Positions 28,773 to 38,559 of a DNA stretch of 64,000 nt are shown here, in pieces. Each line of letters begins with the position of its first letter. The stretch's first letter is position 1. A program made the position numbers and the translations under genes. A model generated the notes under the pieces. It searched no databases, had not been told where the DNA came from, and worked only from the letters and a program-made list of their open reading frames with translations. Source of the stretch: an uncultured Bdellovibrionales bacterium (lineage in GTDB: Bacteria; Patescibacteriota; Minisyncoccia; Moranbacterales; GWC2-37-73); the NCBI GenBank assembly GCA_964500125.1, contig CAZCMV010000004.1, positions 7,010 through 71,009 of the forward strand, given 5' to 3'.

Positions 28773-29420
28773 CTACTTTAAGATTTTGATTATTTTTCCA
28801 ACTTCTTTCAGACTATGCGCCTCGAAATCACACCACTGATCTTTTTTCATTTCTTGATATCTGCCATCCGGACGTTTAAGCAGGATTGTCACAATATTCG
28901 AAAATTTTTTCTTAACCTCTCTAATATTTTCAGAGCGATCATCGATAAAAATTATTTTGCTTTTATTTTTATGTCCAGAAATTATTTTTTCGATTATTTT
29001 GGCTTTGGATTCTTGGACCACATGAACGTTTTTTATAAATTCATGGATATTTGTATTTTTTATTTTAACGCCCTGGAAACGTTCATTGCCATATGAAACA
29101 ATGTGAATGGGAAAATTATGAAATTCGGATAAAAACCATGCCGAATCTTCAAATAAATATTTTTTTGTATTTTTCTCAAAACTGAGAATTGCTGCTTTTA
29201 ATTCTTCTTTATTCTCTGGCTTTGGAAAATCAATACGCTCAATTTGTTCCAAAGGATCATATGTACGCAATTTCCCATCTTTGCTAAAAACTGGATAATC
29301 AAGATAACTATCTTCAAACTCCTTTTTGCCAACTCCGCATCCAAAAAAGACTTTTTTCAGGTCTTCCTTGAGTTTCTTGGTATTGAAAATGACATCATCA
29401 AAATCTATGAGAATTATCAT
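28773..29420 (-). CDS. HAD-superfamily hydrolase
   Basis: Motif I ILIDFDDVIFNT (DxD); motif IV IIFIDDRSEN. Confidence 0.6.
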   Translation of the reverse strand: MIILIDFDDVIFNTKKLKEDLKKVFFGCGVGKKEFEDSYLDYPVFSKDGKLRTYDPLEQIERIDFPKPENKEELKAAILSFEKNTKKYLFEDSAWFLSEFHNFPIHIVSYGNERFQGVKIKNTNIHEFIKNVHVVQESKAKIIEKIISGHKNKSKIIFIDDRSENIREVKKKFSNIVTILLKRPDGRYQEMKKDQWCDFEAHSLKEVGKIIKILK

Positions 29421-29962
29421 ATAAAAATATTCATCAAAAATAAAGCAACCGACGCATAAACTATTCCCAGGATAATGCCCGCAATAATATCACTAGGGTA
29501 ATGCATACCGTTATGCAAACGAGCAAACCCGACGATCAAAGCTATCAAAATTGCCAGTATAATAAACGACGGATAAAAAAACACTAGTGTAGACAGGATA
29601 GCCACGGTGCTTGCCACATGACTGGACGGAAAGGAGGAATCGGAAAATTTGCCACCTATCGGTTTTATTTCCTCGGGATGAGCAACATATGGCCGCTGAC
29701 GAAACAAACCTATTTTTTTGCCTCCTATTTTCAAAATACCCTCGCTTATGACGAAATGGAGAATAATTGCGACTGCCGTAACAGAAAATAATTTCACGCC
29801 GTTTTTTTCGTCCAGCAAGGATATTGCAAGCACCAAAAAAAACGATCCGAAAACTGAAAGTGGCACCCAGCTTATTGCTTTAGTAATTGGATCAATTGCC
29901 GGACTCAAAAAAGAGTTGCATTTTTTGGTTACAATAAAATCAAAAGATTTACTAGAATTCAT
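29417..29962 (-). CDS. PAP2-family membrane phosphatase
   Basis: RQRPY, SFPSSHV and ARLHNGMHYPSDI correspond to KX6RP, PSGH and SRX5HX3D. Start moved to ATG 29962, which forms an ATGA overlap with the upstream stop. Confidence 0.75.
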   Translation of the reverse strand: MNSSKSFDFIVTKKCNSFLSPAIDPITKAISWVPLSVFGSFFLVLAISLLDEKNGVKLFSVTAVAIILHFVISEGILKIGGKKIGLFRQRPYVAHPEEIKPIGGKFSDSSFPSSHVASTVAILSTLVFFYPSFIILAILIALIVGFARLHNGMHYPSDIIAGIILGIVYASVALFLMNIFI

Positions 29963-31395
29963 AAAAATAGAAATATTATCGAAGCAATTACCGCAACAAT
30001 CATAAATATTACTGCAAGCCATCCAAAAACAAAGGTAAATTTGGAATGAGTTTCGCGTCCCATTATTTTCTTGTCATTGCCTATTCTCATAATCACAATC
30101 AAAAGAGGAATCGCAATAATACCATTAATAAAAGCAGCCCAATATAAAGCATTGATAGGATTAATATTCAAAAGATTGAACGCCAAACCAAAGATAATGG
30201 AAAATACGATAATCAAATAAAAACCTTTGGCTTGAAAAAATCTAAGTCCCAGACCCTCTTTCCATTTCATAGTTTCAGAAATTGCATAGGCGCTCGCTCC
30301 GGCAAGCACAGGAACCGCAAGTAAACCTGTACCGATAATTCCTGCAGCAAAAAGAATATATGCCCAATCACCCGCCAAAGGACGGAGTGCCATCGCGGCC
30401 TGTTCCGCAGATTGAATTTCCGTAACACCGTTTGCAAACAAAACATTTGCCGTAGTCAATACAATAAAAAAGAAAGCAATATTTGCCAAAAACATGCCCG
30501 TATTAATATCTGTCCGCATTTTTGGAATTCTTTCTAATCTCGCTTTTTTATTATTGTTTCCATGATTCATTCTGCCCTCTTCCACCTCCTCAGAGGTCTG
30601 CCAAAAGAAAAGATAAGGTGTGATTGTTGTTCCAAAAACCGCAATCATGGCGAAAATATATCCCTCATTCCAAGATATTTTCGGGATAAAGGCATATTTT
30701 GCAACCAAAGACCAATCGGGATGAATTATAAAACCAGCGATTATATAAGCAAAAATGGAAATCGTCAGCCATTTCATGATTTTTACGTACACATGGTATT
30801 TGAAGAATATTTCCATCAAGATGATGATCAAAGCAAACAAAATAGCGCCTACATATGGCTCTATATCAGTCAAAAGGGCAAGAGATGCGCCCATTGCTCC
30901 CAAATCAGCACCAATATTGATTACATTCGCAATAACCAAAAGGCTAACCAGGAAAACTACAATACCCTTGGAATATTTTTTAGTAAGAACACCAGCAAGC
31001 CCTTTGTTGGTAACAATCCCGATACGCGCACATGTCTCCTGCACAGCAATCATCACCGGCAAAAGCCAAGCAGCCATCCAAATAATTGCCATTCCGAATT
31101 TAGCACCTACCGAGGAATATGTACCGATGCCAGAAGGATCATCATCTGATGCGCCCGTAATTAGTCCTGGACCAAGTGCGCTTACAAAAAGCCTAGCCTT
31201 CGTCCAAGGATCTTTCAATAATTCTTTCGCCTGTGCAAGTTCGGCATTGGTTATGCTGATTGTTCCATCAATCGCCTTTATTGTTTCAATACCACCCCAA
31301 GAAATCAGTTTTTTTGCCAAAACCAAGGGAATTCCCAATTCCCTGCGAAATTCCGAAATCGTAAACAACTTTTGATTTTTTGTTTCGTTTTGCAT
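29959..31395 (-). CDS. mntH: NRAMP/MntH-family divalent metal transporter with about 55-aa N-terminal extension
   Basis: GPGLITGASDDDPSGIGTYSSVGAKFG (Nramp consensus). About 11 TM helices. Confidence 0.8.
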   Translation of the reverse strand: MQNETKNQKLFTISEFRRELGIPLVLAKKLISWGGIETIKAIDGTISITNAELAQAKELLKDPWTKARLFVSALGPGLITGASDDDPSGIGTYSSVGAKFGMAIIWMAAWLLPVMIAVQETCARIGIVTNKGLAGVLTKKYSKGIVVFLVSLLVIANVINIGADLGAMGASLALLTDIEPYVGAILFALIIILMEIFFKYHVYVKIMKWLTISIFAYIIAGFIIHPDWSLVAKYAFIPKISWNEGYIFAMIAVFGTTITPYLFFWQTSEEVEEGRMNHGNNNKKARLERIPKMRTDINTGMFLANIAFFFIVLTTANVLFANGVTEIQSAEQAAMALRPLAGDWAYILFAAGIIGTGLLAVPVLAGASAYAISETMKWKEGLGLRFFQAKGFYLIIVFSIIFGLAFNLLNINPINALYWAAFINGIIAIPLLIVIMRIGNDKKIMGRETHSKFTFVFGWLAVIFMIVAVIASIIFLFL

Positions 31396-31476
31396 TTTTA
31401 TTCAAAATCCCACAAATTTACAAATAAACTACAAATAAAAATCGCACATTCATAACAATTGGTAATTCGTAGAGAA

Positions 31477-32505
31477 CTATAATATTTCTTTTATTATACT
31501 TTCATATTTGCCTATCTCCAAAAGCATCATTACCATCTCAGCGAGTTTGTGGCTGTCGTGACGAATAAAAGCACGCTTGTCTGCAAGAGAATCGCTTATG
31601 CTGAAAACCGGTTTTTTTCCACTCAAAATATCCCCGCGAATCACTCTATATTTACGCTCTTTGCGAACCGAATGATCAAATTCAATCAATAACTCTTTTT
31701 TGCTTTCATATTTTTCAATCAGATTTTTACCGGGTTTTTTGGAGTTGAAAGTGACAAAATCAATTCTTTTTTTACCAATAAAAGAATTTATGGAATCAAC
31801 ATAATCATCAAGGGTAAAGTGATCCGTATGTCCCGGTTTATTTACCAAGTTGCAATTATATACTACAGTGGCTTTTGATTTTTGGATGGCTTGAGAAATA
31901 CCCTTTACTAAAAAATTAGGCACAATCGAACAAAAATGATTTCCCGGACCAATAACTACCAGATCTGCTTCCGCAATTCTTTTGAGAGCTTTCGGATTAG
32001 CTTTCACATTTGGCGAGAAATACATCTTTTCTATGCCATGTTTCTGAATTGAAAAATTATGATTAATTTCATTCTCCCCCTTCAATATTTTTCCGTTTTT
32101 CATTTCCAAAAAAAGATGCGCATGATCATTGGTAACTGGAATCACTTCGCCCTTAACATTCAAAATTTTACTAACCTCTTCTACGCCATCATTAAAATTG
32201 CCTTTTATTTTTTCCAAGGCCGACAACAAGAGATTGCCAAATGAATGACCCTTAAGAGAACCGCTCTCGAAACGATAATTAAGAAGCTCACGAAGGACTT
32301 CAGAAGATTCACTTAGTGCTACCAAACATTGACGCACATCTCCTGGAGGAAGCACGCCAAGTTCGTCGCGAAGCACACCGGTTGAACCTCCATCATCAGC
32401 CATTGAAACAATCGCCGAAATGTCTACCGGATATTTTTTAAGACCAGAGAGCAAAGTAAAGCTTCCCGTCCCCCCGCCGATTGTAACTATTCGCTTTCTC
32501 TTCAT
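31477..32505 (-). CDS. yvcK: YvcK/CofD-family protein (UPF0052, gluconeogenesis-factor-like)
   Basis: IVTIGGGTGSFTLLSGL ... VSMADDGGSTG. Confidence 0.8.
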   Translation of the reverse strand: MKRKRIVTIGGGTGSFTLLSGLKKYPVDISAIVSMADDGGSTGVLRDELGVLPPGDVRQCLVALSESSEVLRELLNYRFESGSLKGHSFGNLLLSALEKIKGNFNDGVEEVSKILNVKGEVIPVTNDHAHLFLEMKNGKILKGENEINHNFSIQKHGIEKMYFSPNVKANPKALKRIAEADLVVIGPGNHFCSIVPNFLVKGISQAIQKSKATVVYNCNLVNKPGHTDHFTLDDYVDSINSFIGKKRIDFVTFNSKKPGKNLIEKYESKKELLIEFDHSVRKERKYRVIRGDILSGKKPVFSISDSLADKRAFIRHDSHKLAEMVMMLLEIGKYESIIKEIL

Positions 32506-32619
32506 ATAATCATGTAATCATACAAGCATACAATCATATAAACATGAAACCCGTGTTTGAATGTTTAAACGCTTACACGTCTGTGATTTGTATGTTTAAA
32601 TGTTTGAATGTTTGAATGT

Positions 32620-33300
32620 TTAAATGAATTTATGTATCGCCTCCTCTGCTTTCCCTAGGTCATCAGGATTGCCGATTGGATGCCAATCATGCGCTTTGAG
32701 AATTTTGATTTTCTCATCCTGCGCCATCTGTACCAATGTTTGCGGCAAACCAAATTCAGTTTCACTCACCCTCACCAAGGGATAATCAAAAAAATGTTTA
32801 CTCAAAACGTACGCCCCGATATTAGCGAGTCCCGGCCCGCCCTCCTTGGGCTTTTCGATTATATCAACCAAATGGTGCTGTTCGTCGATTTTAAAAACTC
32901 CAAATCTGCTGCAATCCTCAACATGGATGGCTAAAATAGAAAAAGGAAATTCAATCATCTTTGCCAAATCGTCGCGATAATACAAATCATCACCCATCAG
33001 CACCAAGAATTTTCCTTTGATAACATCCTTGCAACAATGCACCGCCCCACCAGTTCCATTCAACGTGTCTTGCTGCACATATGTTATCTTGCGACCACCA
33101 AATTCAGTGCCGAAATATTTTTTGATGTGCTCACCAAGATAATTCACCACAAAAATAACTTCATCAATTTCCTTGGGCAAAAAGCTCAGAGTGTGCTCCA
33201 AAATGGGCTTTCCCGCCACGGGAAGCATCGGTTTGGGAATGTCATATGTCAAAGGACGCATCCGTGTACCCTTTCCTGCTGCCAAAATTACTGCCTGCAT
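32620..33300 (-). CDS. Sugar-phosphate nucleotidyltransferase
   Basis: N-terminus MQAVILAAGKGTRMRPLTYDIPKPMLPVAGKPIL. Confidence 0.75.
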   Translation of the reverse strand: MQAVILAAGKGTRMRPLTYDIPKPMLPVAGKPILEHTLSFLPKEIDEVIFVVNYLGEHIKKYFGTEFGGRKITYVQQDTLNGTGGAVHCCKDVIKGKFLVLMGDDLYYRDDLAKMIEFPFSILAIHVEDCSRFGVFKIDEQHHLVDIIEKPKEGGPGLANIGAYVLSKHFFDYPLVRVSETEFGLPQTLVQMAQDEKIKILKAHDWHPIGNPDDLGKAEEAIHKFI

Positions 33301-33342
33301 AAAATTTCATATAAACATCTTAACATTCAAACATGAAAACAT

Positions 33343-33690
33343 TCATTTTTTTATCGACTGAATTGATTTCCATAACATTGCACCTATTTCATCAGCTAAT
33401 AAAATAGCTTCTTTATAGTCAGATCCCTTGCAATACTTTTCCACTAAAGAAAAGTGCAACAAATATTTAGTTTCTTTTAGTGATCCGTACGAAATTTCCC
33501 AAAAATTTAATTTAACCGCATTTCTTTGACGCGCATATCCTTCTATATAATTAAGGATTATTGAAAGCGCAGCTCTTCTTATCTGAGAGACCACACCATA
33601 CAATTAATCTCTGGGAAATTCTTTTGTTATTCTGTACACAAGATGCACATACGAATCCATTTTCATTTTTAAGTTTTCAGAAAATCCATC
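33343..33690 (-). pseudogene. Four-helix-bundle protein of the 23S-rRNA-IVS-protein family, interrupted by an in-frame TAA
   Basis: Downstream part (starting with TTG at 33603) reads YGVVSQIRRAALSIILNYIEGYAR...YGSLKE. The upstream in-frame part MKMDSYVHLVYRITKEFPRD ends at TAA 33604-33606, exactly where family members have FPKEE-YGLTSQ. Confidence 0.55.
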
Positions 33691-33741
33691 CACAATTTTA
33701 TTTGTATGTTTATGTGCTTGAATGTTTAAATGCTTGAATGT

Positions 33742-36282
33742 TTAAATGACGATATTAATAAGTTTCCCGGGAACAAAAATGATTTTCTTGATTTCCTTTC
33801 CTTCGGTAAACGCTTTTATTTTTTCACTTTCCAATGCGGTTTCTTTTATTTCATCTTCCGTCACATCAGCGGCAACGATCAAACGATCACGCACTTTGCC
33901 GTTTACCTGCACAACCATCTCAACCTCTTCGTCTTTGGCCAATTCCGGATCATATTTGGGCCACTCGGACAAAAATATGCTTTCTTTGTTTCCCAGCTTT
34001 TCATTCAATTCTTCCGCAATATGTGGAGCAAAGGGAGCAAGTAATATAATCAACTGCTGGTAATCAGCAACTAGTATTTCCTTTTCTTTTTCCATTGCGT
34101 TTACCAAAATCATCAACGAGCTAATCGCCGTATTAAACCTGAAATTCTCAATATCCTCCGTAACTTTTTTAATGGTCTTATGTAACAAGGAAGAAATTTT
34201 ATTGTTCATTACCCCTTGTTCACTAATCATTGATTGCAATTTCCAAACCTTCTCCAAAAATCGATAAACCCCACTCACACTGTTAGTACTCCAAGCCACA
34301 CTCTGTGTAAATGGACCCATAAACATCTCATAAATCCTCATTGCGTCCGCGCCAAATTCAGCAATCACATCATCCGGGTTCACCACATTATTCCAGCGCT
34401 TACTCATCTTGCGCCCATCCTCAGCCATAATCAAACCAACATGAACCAATTTCTTGAAAGGTTCAGTAGTAGAAACCACACCGATATCATACAAAAATTT
34501 ATGCCAAAAACGCGCATACAAAAGATGTCTTGTTGCATGCTCAGCTCCACCAACATAAAGATCAACTGGCATCCACTTTTTTTCCTTCTCTTTATCAATC
34601 AGCGCGTTGTCATTTTTTGGATCGATATAACGCAGATAATACCAAGATGACCCCGCCCATTGAGGCATAGTGTTCGTCTCGCGTTTAGCTGATCCACCGC
34701 ATGTCGGACATGTTGTATTTACCCATTCTTCAATTGTCGCCAAGGGACCCTCGCCTGTTCCTGTCGGCTCATAATGTTCAACTTCAGGTAACAATACAGG
34801 CAAGTCTTTTTCCGGTACACCAACTGCACCACATTTTTCACAGTGGACGATCGGTATCGGCTCGCCCCAATATCGCTGGCGGGAAAATACCCAGTCACGC
34901 ATCTTGTAATTCACTTTTCGCTTTCCAATTCCTTCTTTCTCCAGCCACTCGCTCATTTTCTCCCGGGCATATTCAGAATCAAAACCTGTATATTCACCAG
35001 ATTCTACCAAATTTCCTTCAGATACAGAGCATTTTTCTCCAGAAATAATACTATTAAAAAACTTTTCCTCATCCTTCATAAATTGTTCTGAATCTGGAAT
35101 TCCCGAGGATTTAATTTCATACATTTCTGGCATAATTACACATTTCACGCCCAGATTATATTTTTTGGCGAATTCAAAATCACGCTCATCATGTGCCGGC
35201 ACCGCCATCACCGCACCGGTTCCATAGCCACCAATGACATAATCAGCAACAAACAAAGGCACGGCTTCATTATTAAAAGGATTTATAACTTCAATACCCT
35301 CAATTCTCACGCCTGTTTTTTCTTTCTGCAAATCAGTTCTTTCCAAAGCGGTCTTGTTTTGTGCCACAATTACATATTTTTCAACTTCCGCATAATTTTT
35401 TATCTTATCTTTGATTTTTTCAATAATCTCATGTTCCGGCGCAACCACCGCATACGTCATACCAAAAACCGTATCCAAACGCGTAGTATAGACCTCTATA
35501 TACATATCATCTTGAGCGTTAGCGACAGATCCCATATTATTTCGTGATTCTTCACTCAGCTCCGCTCCGTTCAGAATGACGCTAAGTTTGAATTGCGCAC
35601 CCTCTGAGCGTCCAATCCAGTTTTTCTGTTGGTCGATTATGGAATTCTCCCAATCCAAGTCACTGCTGTCCAAATCATAAAGCAACCGATCGGCATAATC
35701 AGTCATTTTCAAAACCCATTGGCGCATTTTTTTCTGCACCACCTGAGAACCACAACGCTCGCAAAGCCCTTTTTCCAAATCCTCATTAGCTAAAACCGTT
35801 TTACAAGAAGGGCACCAATTTACCGGCTCGTTTGATTCATATGCCAAACCTTTTTCAAAAAGCTTCAGAAAAATCCATTGGGTCCATTTATAATAGTCCG
35901 GGTCAATGGTATTGATTTCTCTGTCCCAATCATAATTAAAGCCAAACATTTCAAGCTGTTTCTTAAATCTCTTCACGTGTTCCCTTACGAATACATCCGG
36001 ATTGACCTTGTTTTTAATAGCATAATTCTCCGCCGGCAGTCCAAACGCATCCCATCCCATAGGATGAAGTACGCTATATCCTTGTAACATTTTCATACGT
36101 GAAACCACGTCGGTAGCAATATACCCTTTTGGATGACCAACATGAATACCGGAACCGGAAATATATGGGAACATATCGAGCGCGTAAAATTTCTTTTCGT
36201 GCGAATAATCTTTATACAGTCTGCTATCTTCCCACTTCTTCTGCCACTTTTTTTCTATTTTAGATGGTTCGTATTTTTCCAT
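33742..36282 (-). CDS. leuS: Leucyl-tRNA synthetase
   Basis: 846 aa. N-terminus KWQKKWEDSRLYK...FYALDMFPYISGSGIHVGHPKGY. KMSKR. Confidence 0.95.
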   Translation of the reverse strand: MEKYEPSKIEKKWQKKWEDSRLYKDYSHEKKFYALDMFPYISGSGIHVGHPKGYIATDVVSRMKMLQGYSVLHPMGWDAFGLPAENYAIKNKVNPDVFVREHVKRFKKQLEMFGFNYDWDREINTIDPDYYKWTQWIFLKLFEKGLAYESNEPVNWCPSCKTVLANEDLEKGLCERCGSQVVQKKMRQWVLKMTDYADRLLYDLDSSDLDWENSIIDQQKNWIGRSEGAQFKLSVILNGAELSEESRNNMGSVANAQDDMYIEVYTTRLDTVFGMTYAVVAPEHEIIEKIKDKIKNYAEVEKYVIVAQNKTALERTDLQKEKTGVRIEGIEVINPFNNEAVPLFVADYVIGGYGTGAVMAVPAHDERDFEFAKKYNLGVKCVIMPEMYEIKSSGIPDSEQFMKDEEKFFNSIISGEKCSVSEGNLVESGEYTGFDSEYAREKMSEWLEKEGIGKRKVNYKMRDWVFSRQRYWGEPIPIVHCEKCGAVGVPEKDLPVLLPEVEHYEPTGTGEGPLATIEEWVNTTCPTCGGSAKRETNTMPQWAGSSWYYLRYIDPKNDNALIDKEKEKKWMPVDLYVGGAEHATRHLLYARFWHKFLYDIGVVSTTEPFKKLVHVGLIMAEDGRKMSKRWNNVVNPDDVIAEFGADAMRIYEMFMGPFTQSVAWSTNSVSGVYRFLEKVWKLQSMISEQGVMNNKISSLLHKTIKKVTEDIENFRFNTAISSLMILVNAMEKEKEILVADYQQLIILLAPFAPHIAEELNEKLGNKESIFLSEWPKYDPELAKDEEVEMVVQVNGKVRDRLIVAADVTEDEIKETALESEKIKAFTEGKEIKKIIFVPGKLINIVI

Positions 36283-36381
36283 ATTGTTACACTGTTATAT
36301 TTTCACATTGTTAACCAATATTAAAAGCTGCCAATTTTCCTTTATATTAGCAGCAATGTAGCGATTTAGCAATGTAGTAAT

Positions 36382-37191
36382 CTATTTTTTTCGGGATTCA
36401 AAGGCCAAATAAACATTTTCCAAAAGACATGCGATCGTAACGGGACCAACACCACCGGGAACCGGAGAAAGAAAGCCTTCTTTTTCCTTTGTTGAGGCAA
36501 AATCCACGTCTCCTACTGTCACTCCGTTCACTTTCTCAATTCCCCCGTCAATAACAATAGCGCCATCCTTAAACATTTCACCCCGAAGAAGCCCTGGCGA
36601 GCCCACAGCACTTATCACAACATCTGCAGCCTTGATTTTGCCAAGATTCGAGGAGATATTTTTCGACAAAATGTATTCTGCAGTCATATTTTCATTTTTG
36701 AGCATATCAATCATAGCTTTGCCAAATTCATCGGAATTTGCTATAACCAAGGCATTTTTTTCCTTTAAATCAACGCCGCTACTCTTTGCAAGAAGCAAAA
36801 TTGCCCTAGGAAAAACCGGAAACAATCCACTCTGAGATGAAAACCCGTCTACGTCCTTTTTGGGATCAATTGCCTTAATAATCAAATCCGTATCAAATTC
36901 CGAAGGCAACGGCAACTGCACAAGAATGCCATCAATATCTTCGTCTGCACTCATCATTTTCACACATTCCAACACGGATTCTTGTTTTTCTTTAGCAGAA
37001 AATTTATATAAAGAAACATCAATACCCACGCTTTTAGCCGCCTTTTCCTTTAGTGACACATAAAGCTCGGAAGCTGGATCATCACCTACCAAAAAAACCG
37101 CCAAATGAGGATGAACTCCTTTTTTGCACACTTTTGAACATATGCTGTCCAGAATTTTTTCCGAGACTAATTTTCCGTCTAGTAACTTCAT
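36382..37191 (-). CDS. folD: Bifunctional methylene-THF dehydrogenase/methenyl-THF cyclohydrolase
   Basis: LAVFLVGDDPASELYVSLKEKAAKSVGI; C-terminus GGVGPVTIACLLENV. Confidence 0.9.
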   Translation of the reverse strand: MKLLDGKLVSEKILDSICSKVCKKGVHPHLAVFLVGDDPASELYVSLKEKAAKSVGIDVSLYKFSAKEKQESVLECVKMMSADEDIDGILVQLPLPSEFDTDLIIKAIDPKKDVDGFSSQSGLFPVFPRAILLLAKSSGVDLKEKNALVIANSDEFGKAMIDMLKNENMTAEYILSKNISSNLGKIKAADVVISAVGSPGLLRGEMFKDGAIVIDGGIEKVNGVTVGDVDFASTKEKEGFLSPVPGGVGPVTIACLLENVYLAFESRKK

Positions 37192-37308
37192 AATGAATCA
37201 TCTTAACATACAATCATTTAAACATATAAATACACTAAAACACAAGCACTTTAAGATATTTAAATGCCTACATGTTTAAATGTTTATATGTTTTAATGTT
37301 TTTATGAT

Positions 37309-38523
37309 CTACTTGTACCTCAGTGCATCCAAAGGATCAATTTTGCTGGCACGCCGAGCAGGAGCAAGACCGGTAAACAAACCCACAACCGCAGAAAAAG
37401 CTATGATAGCAAGCACGAACCAAAGAGGGCTATAGAAAAGAGTAACTTCTTCGCCACCGAAACGAGCAGCTACAAAATTAATCAACCAATTAAATACAAC
37501 TCCTCCCAGGTAGCCCATCAAAACACCAGCAAGACCACCCAGAAAACCCATTATTGCAGACTCCATGAAAAACATTATTGAGATACTCCCATCAGAAGCT
37601 CCAATTGATTTCATGATACCGATTTCTTCCGTGCGCTCTAGAAGTGCAATAGTCATCGTATTAAACATACCAATCGCCGAAACAATTAAAGCAATGATAC
37701 CAAAAAGCATTAAGATCAATTGAACGATACTAAAAATCTTGTTTGCTTGATCAACAGTATCTGAAAGCGAAGACACTAAAAGTCCCTCATTTATTATGGC
37801 GTCACGAATAACTGACATTTCCTGATTAGAATCACATTTTACCTTCACTTGCGAATATCTTTCTATGTTTAAATCGCTAAGAGATTTTGAATTCACATAA
37901 ACTACATTTTCTTCACTGCTTACCATCCCTATTATCTTATATGAATTTTTACTATCAATTCGTTCGTATTCAGCTTGAGATTCACTTTCACCTTCGGAAG
38001 ATCCTCTTTCCTTGGGTACAAAGAAAGAAAAAGTCATTTCTTTGCCAATCATTTCTTCATCATTTTTGCCAAAAACCTGAGCTATGGCGCTACTAACAAC
38101 TATGCCATTCGTAACATCATCAGATAGAAGTTCTCCCTGCGTAGCCTTGAATCCACCAAGCTTTAAATATGATGGTTTAGATACGAAAGAAACCAGATCG
38201 GCTGATAAATCGTCAAGGTGACCTTGTGCAGTCAATTGAAATGCTGGACTTACTTCAGAAACACCCTCCATTTGTTGCAATTTATCTATCCTTTCGTTAT
38301 TAAGCATTATAACGCCAGACTTTGCTTCAGTAATATCAAGAGTAAGTAGCGAATCAGAAGTAGTAATTCTCTCTAATAGCGTTTTCTGCAAACCATATCC
38401 CAAAGACACCAAAAACAATATGGCTCCAATACCAATACTCATACCAAGAATGGTTAGAAGCGTACGCGAGGTTCGCGCCTTAAACATTCTGGTTGATAGT
38501 CTAAATAAATCAACAAATTTCAT
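37309..38523 (-). CDS. ABC transporter permease, FtsX/MacB/LolCE family
   Basis: N-terminal TM, large periplasmic loop, C-terminal 3-TM bundle. Adjacent to the ABC ATPase. Confidence 0.8.
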   Translation of the reverse strand: MKFVDLFRLSTRMFKARTSRTLLTILGMSIGIGAILFLVSLGYGLQKTLLERITTSDSLLTLDITEAKSGVIMLNNERIDKLQQMEGVSEVSPAFQLTAQGHLDDLSADLVSFVSKPSYLKLGGFKATQGELLSDDVTNGIVVSSAIAQVFGKNDEEMIGKEMTFSFFVPKERGSSEGESESQAEYERIDSKNSYKIIGMVSSEENVVYVNSKSLSDLNIERYSQVKVKCDSNQEMSVIRDAIINEGLLVSSLSDTVDQANKIFSIVQLILMLFGIIALIVSAIGMFNTMTIALLERTEEIGIMKSIGASDGSISIMFFMESAIMGFLGGLAGVLMGYLGGVVFNWLINFVAARFGGEEVTLFYSPLWFVLAIIAFSAVVGLFTGLAPARRASKIDPLDALRYK

Positions 38524-38559
38524 TTGGATAATTTATTATCTGATTCGCAATTCATGGAA

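Noticed and set aside
33604-33606. Alternative genetic code (stop-codon reassignment) for the whole genome
   Set aside because: Long ORFs (2481, 1249, 945, 846 aa) are uninterrupted in standard code and end at conventional stops. A single in-frame TAA in one non-essential gene is better explained as a pseudogene or sequencing error.
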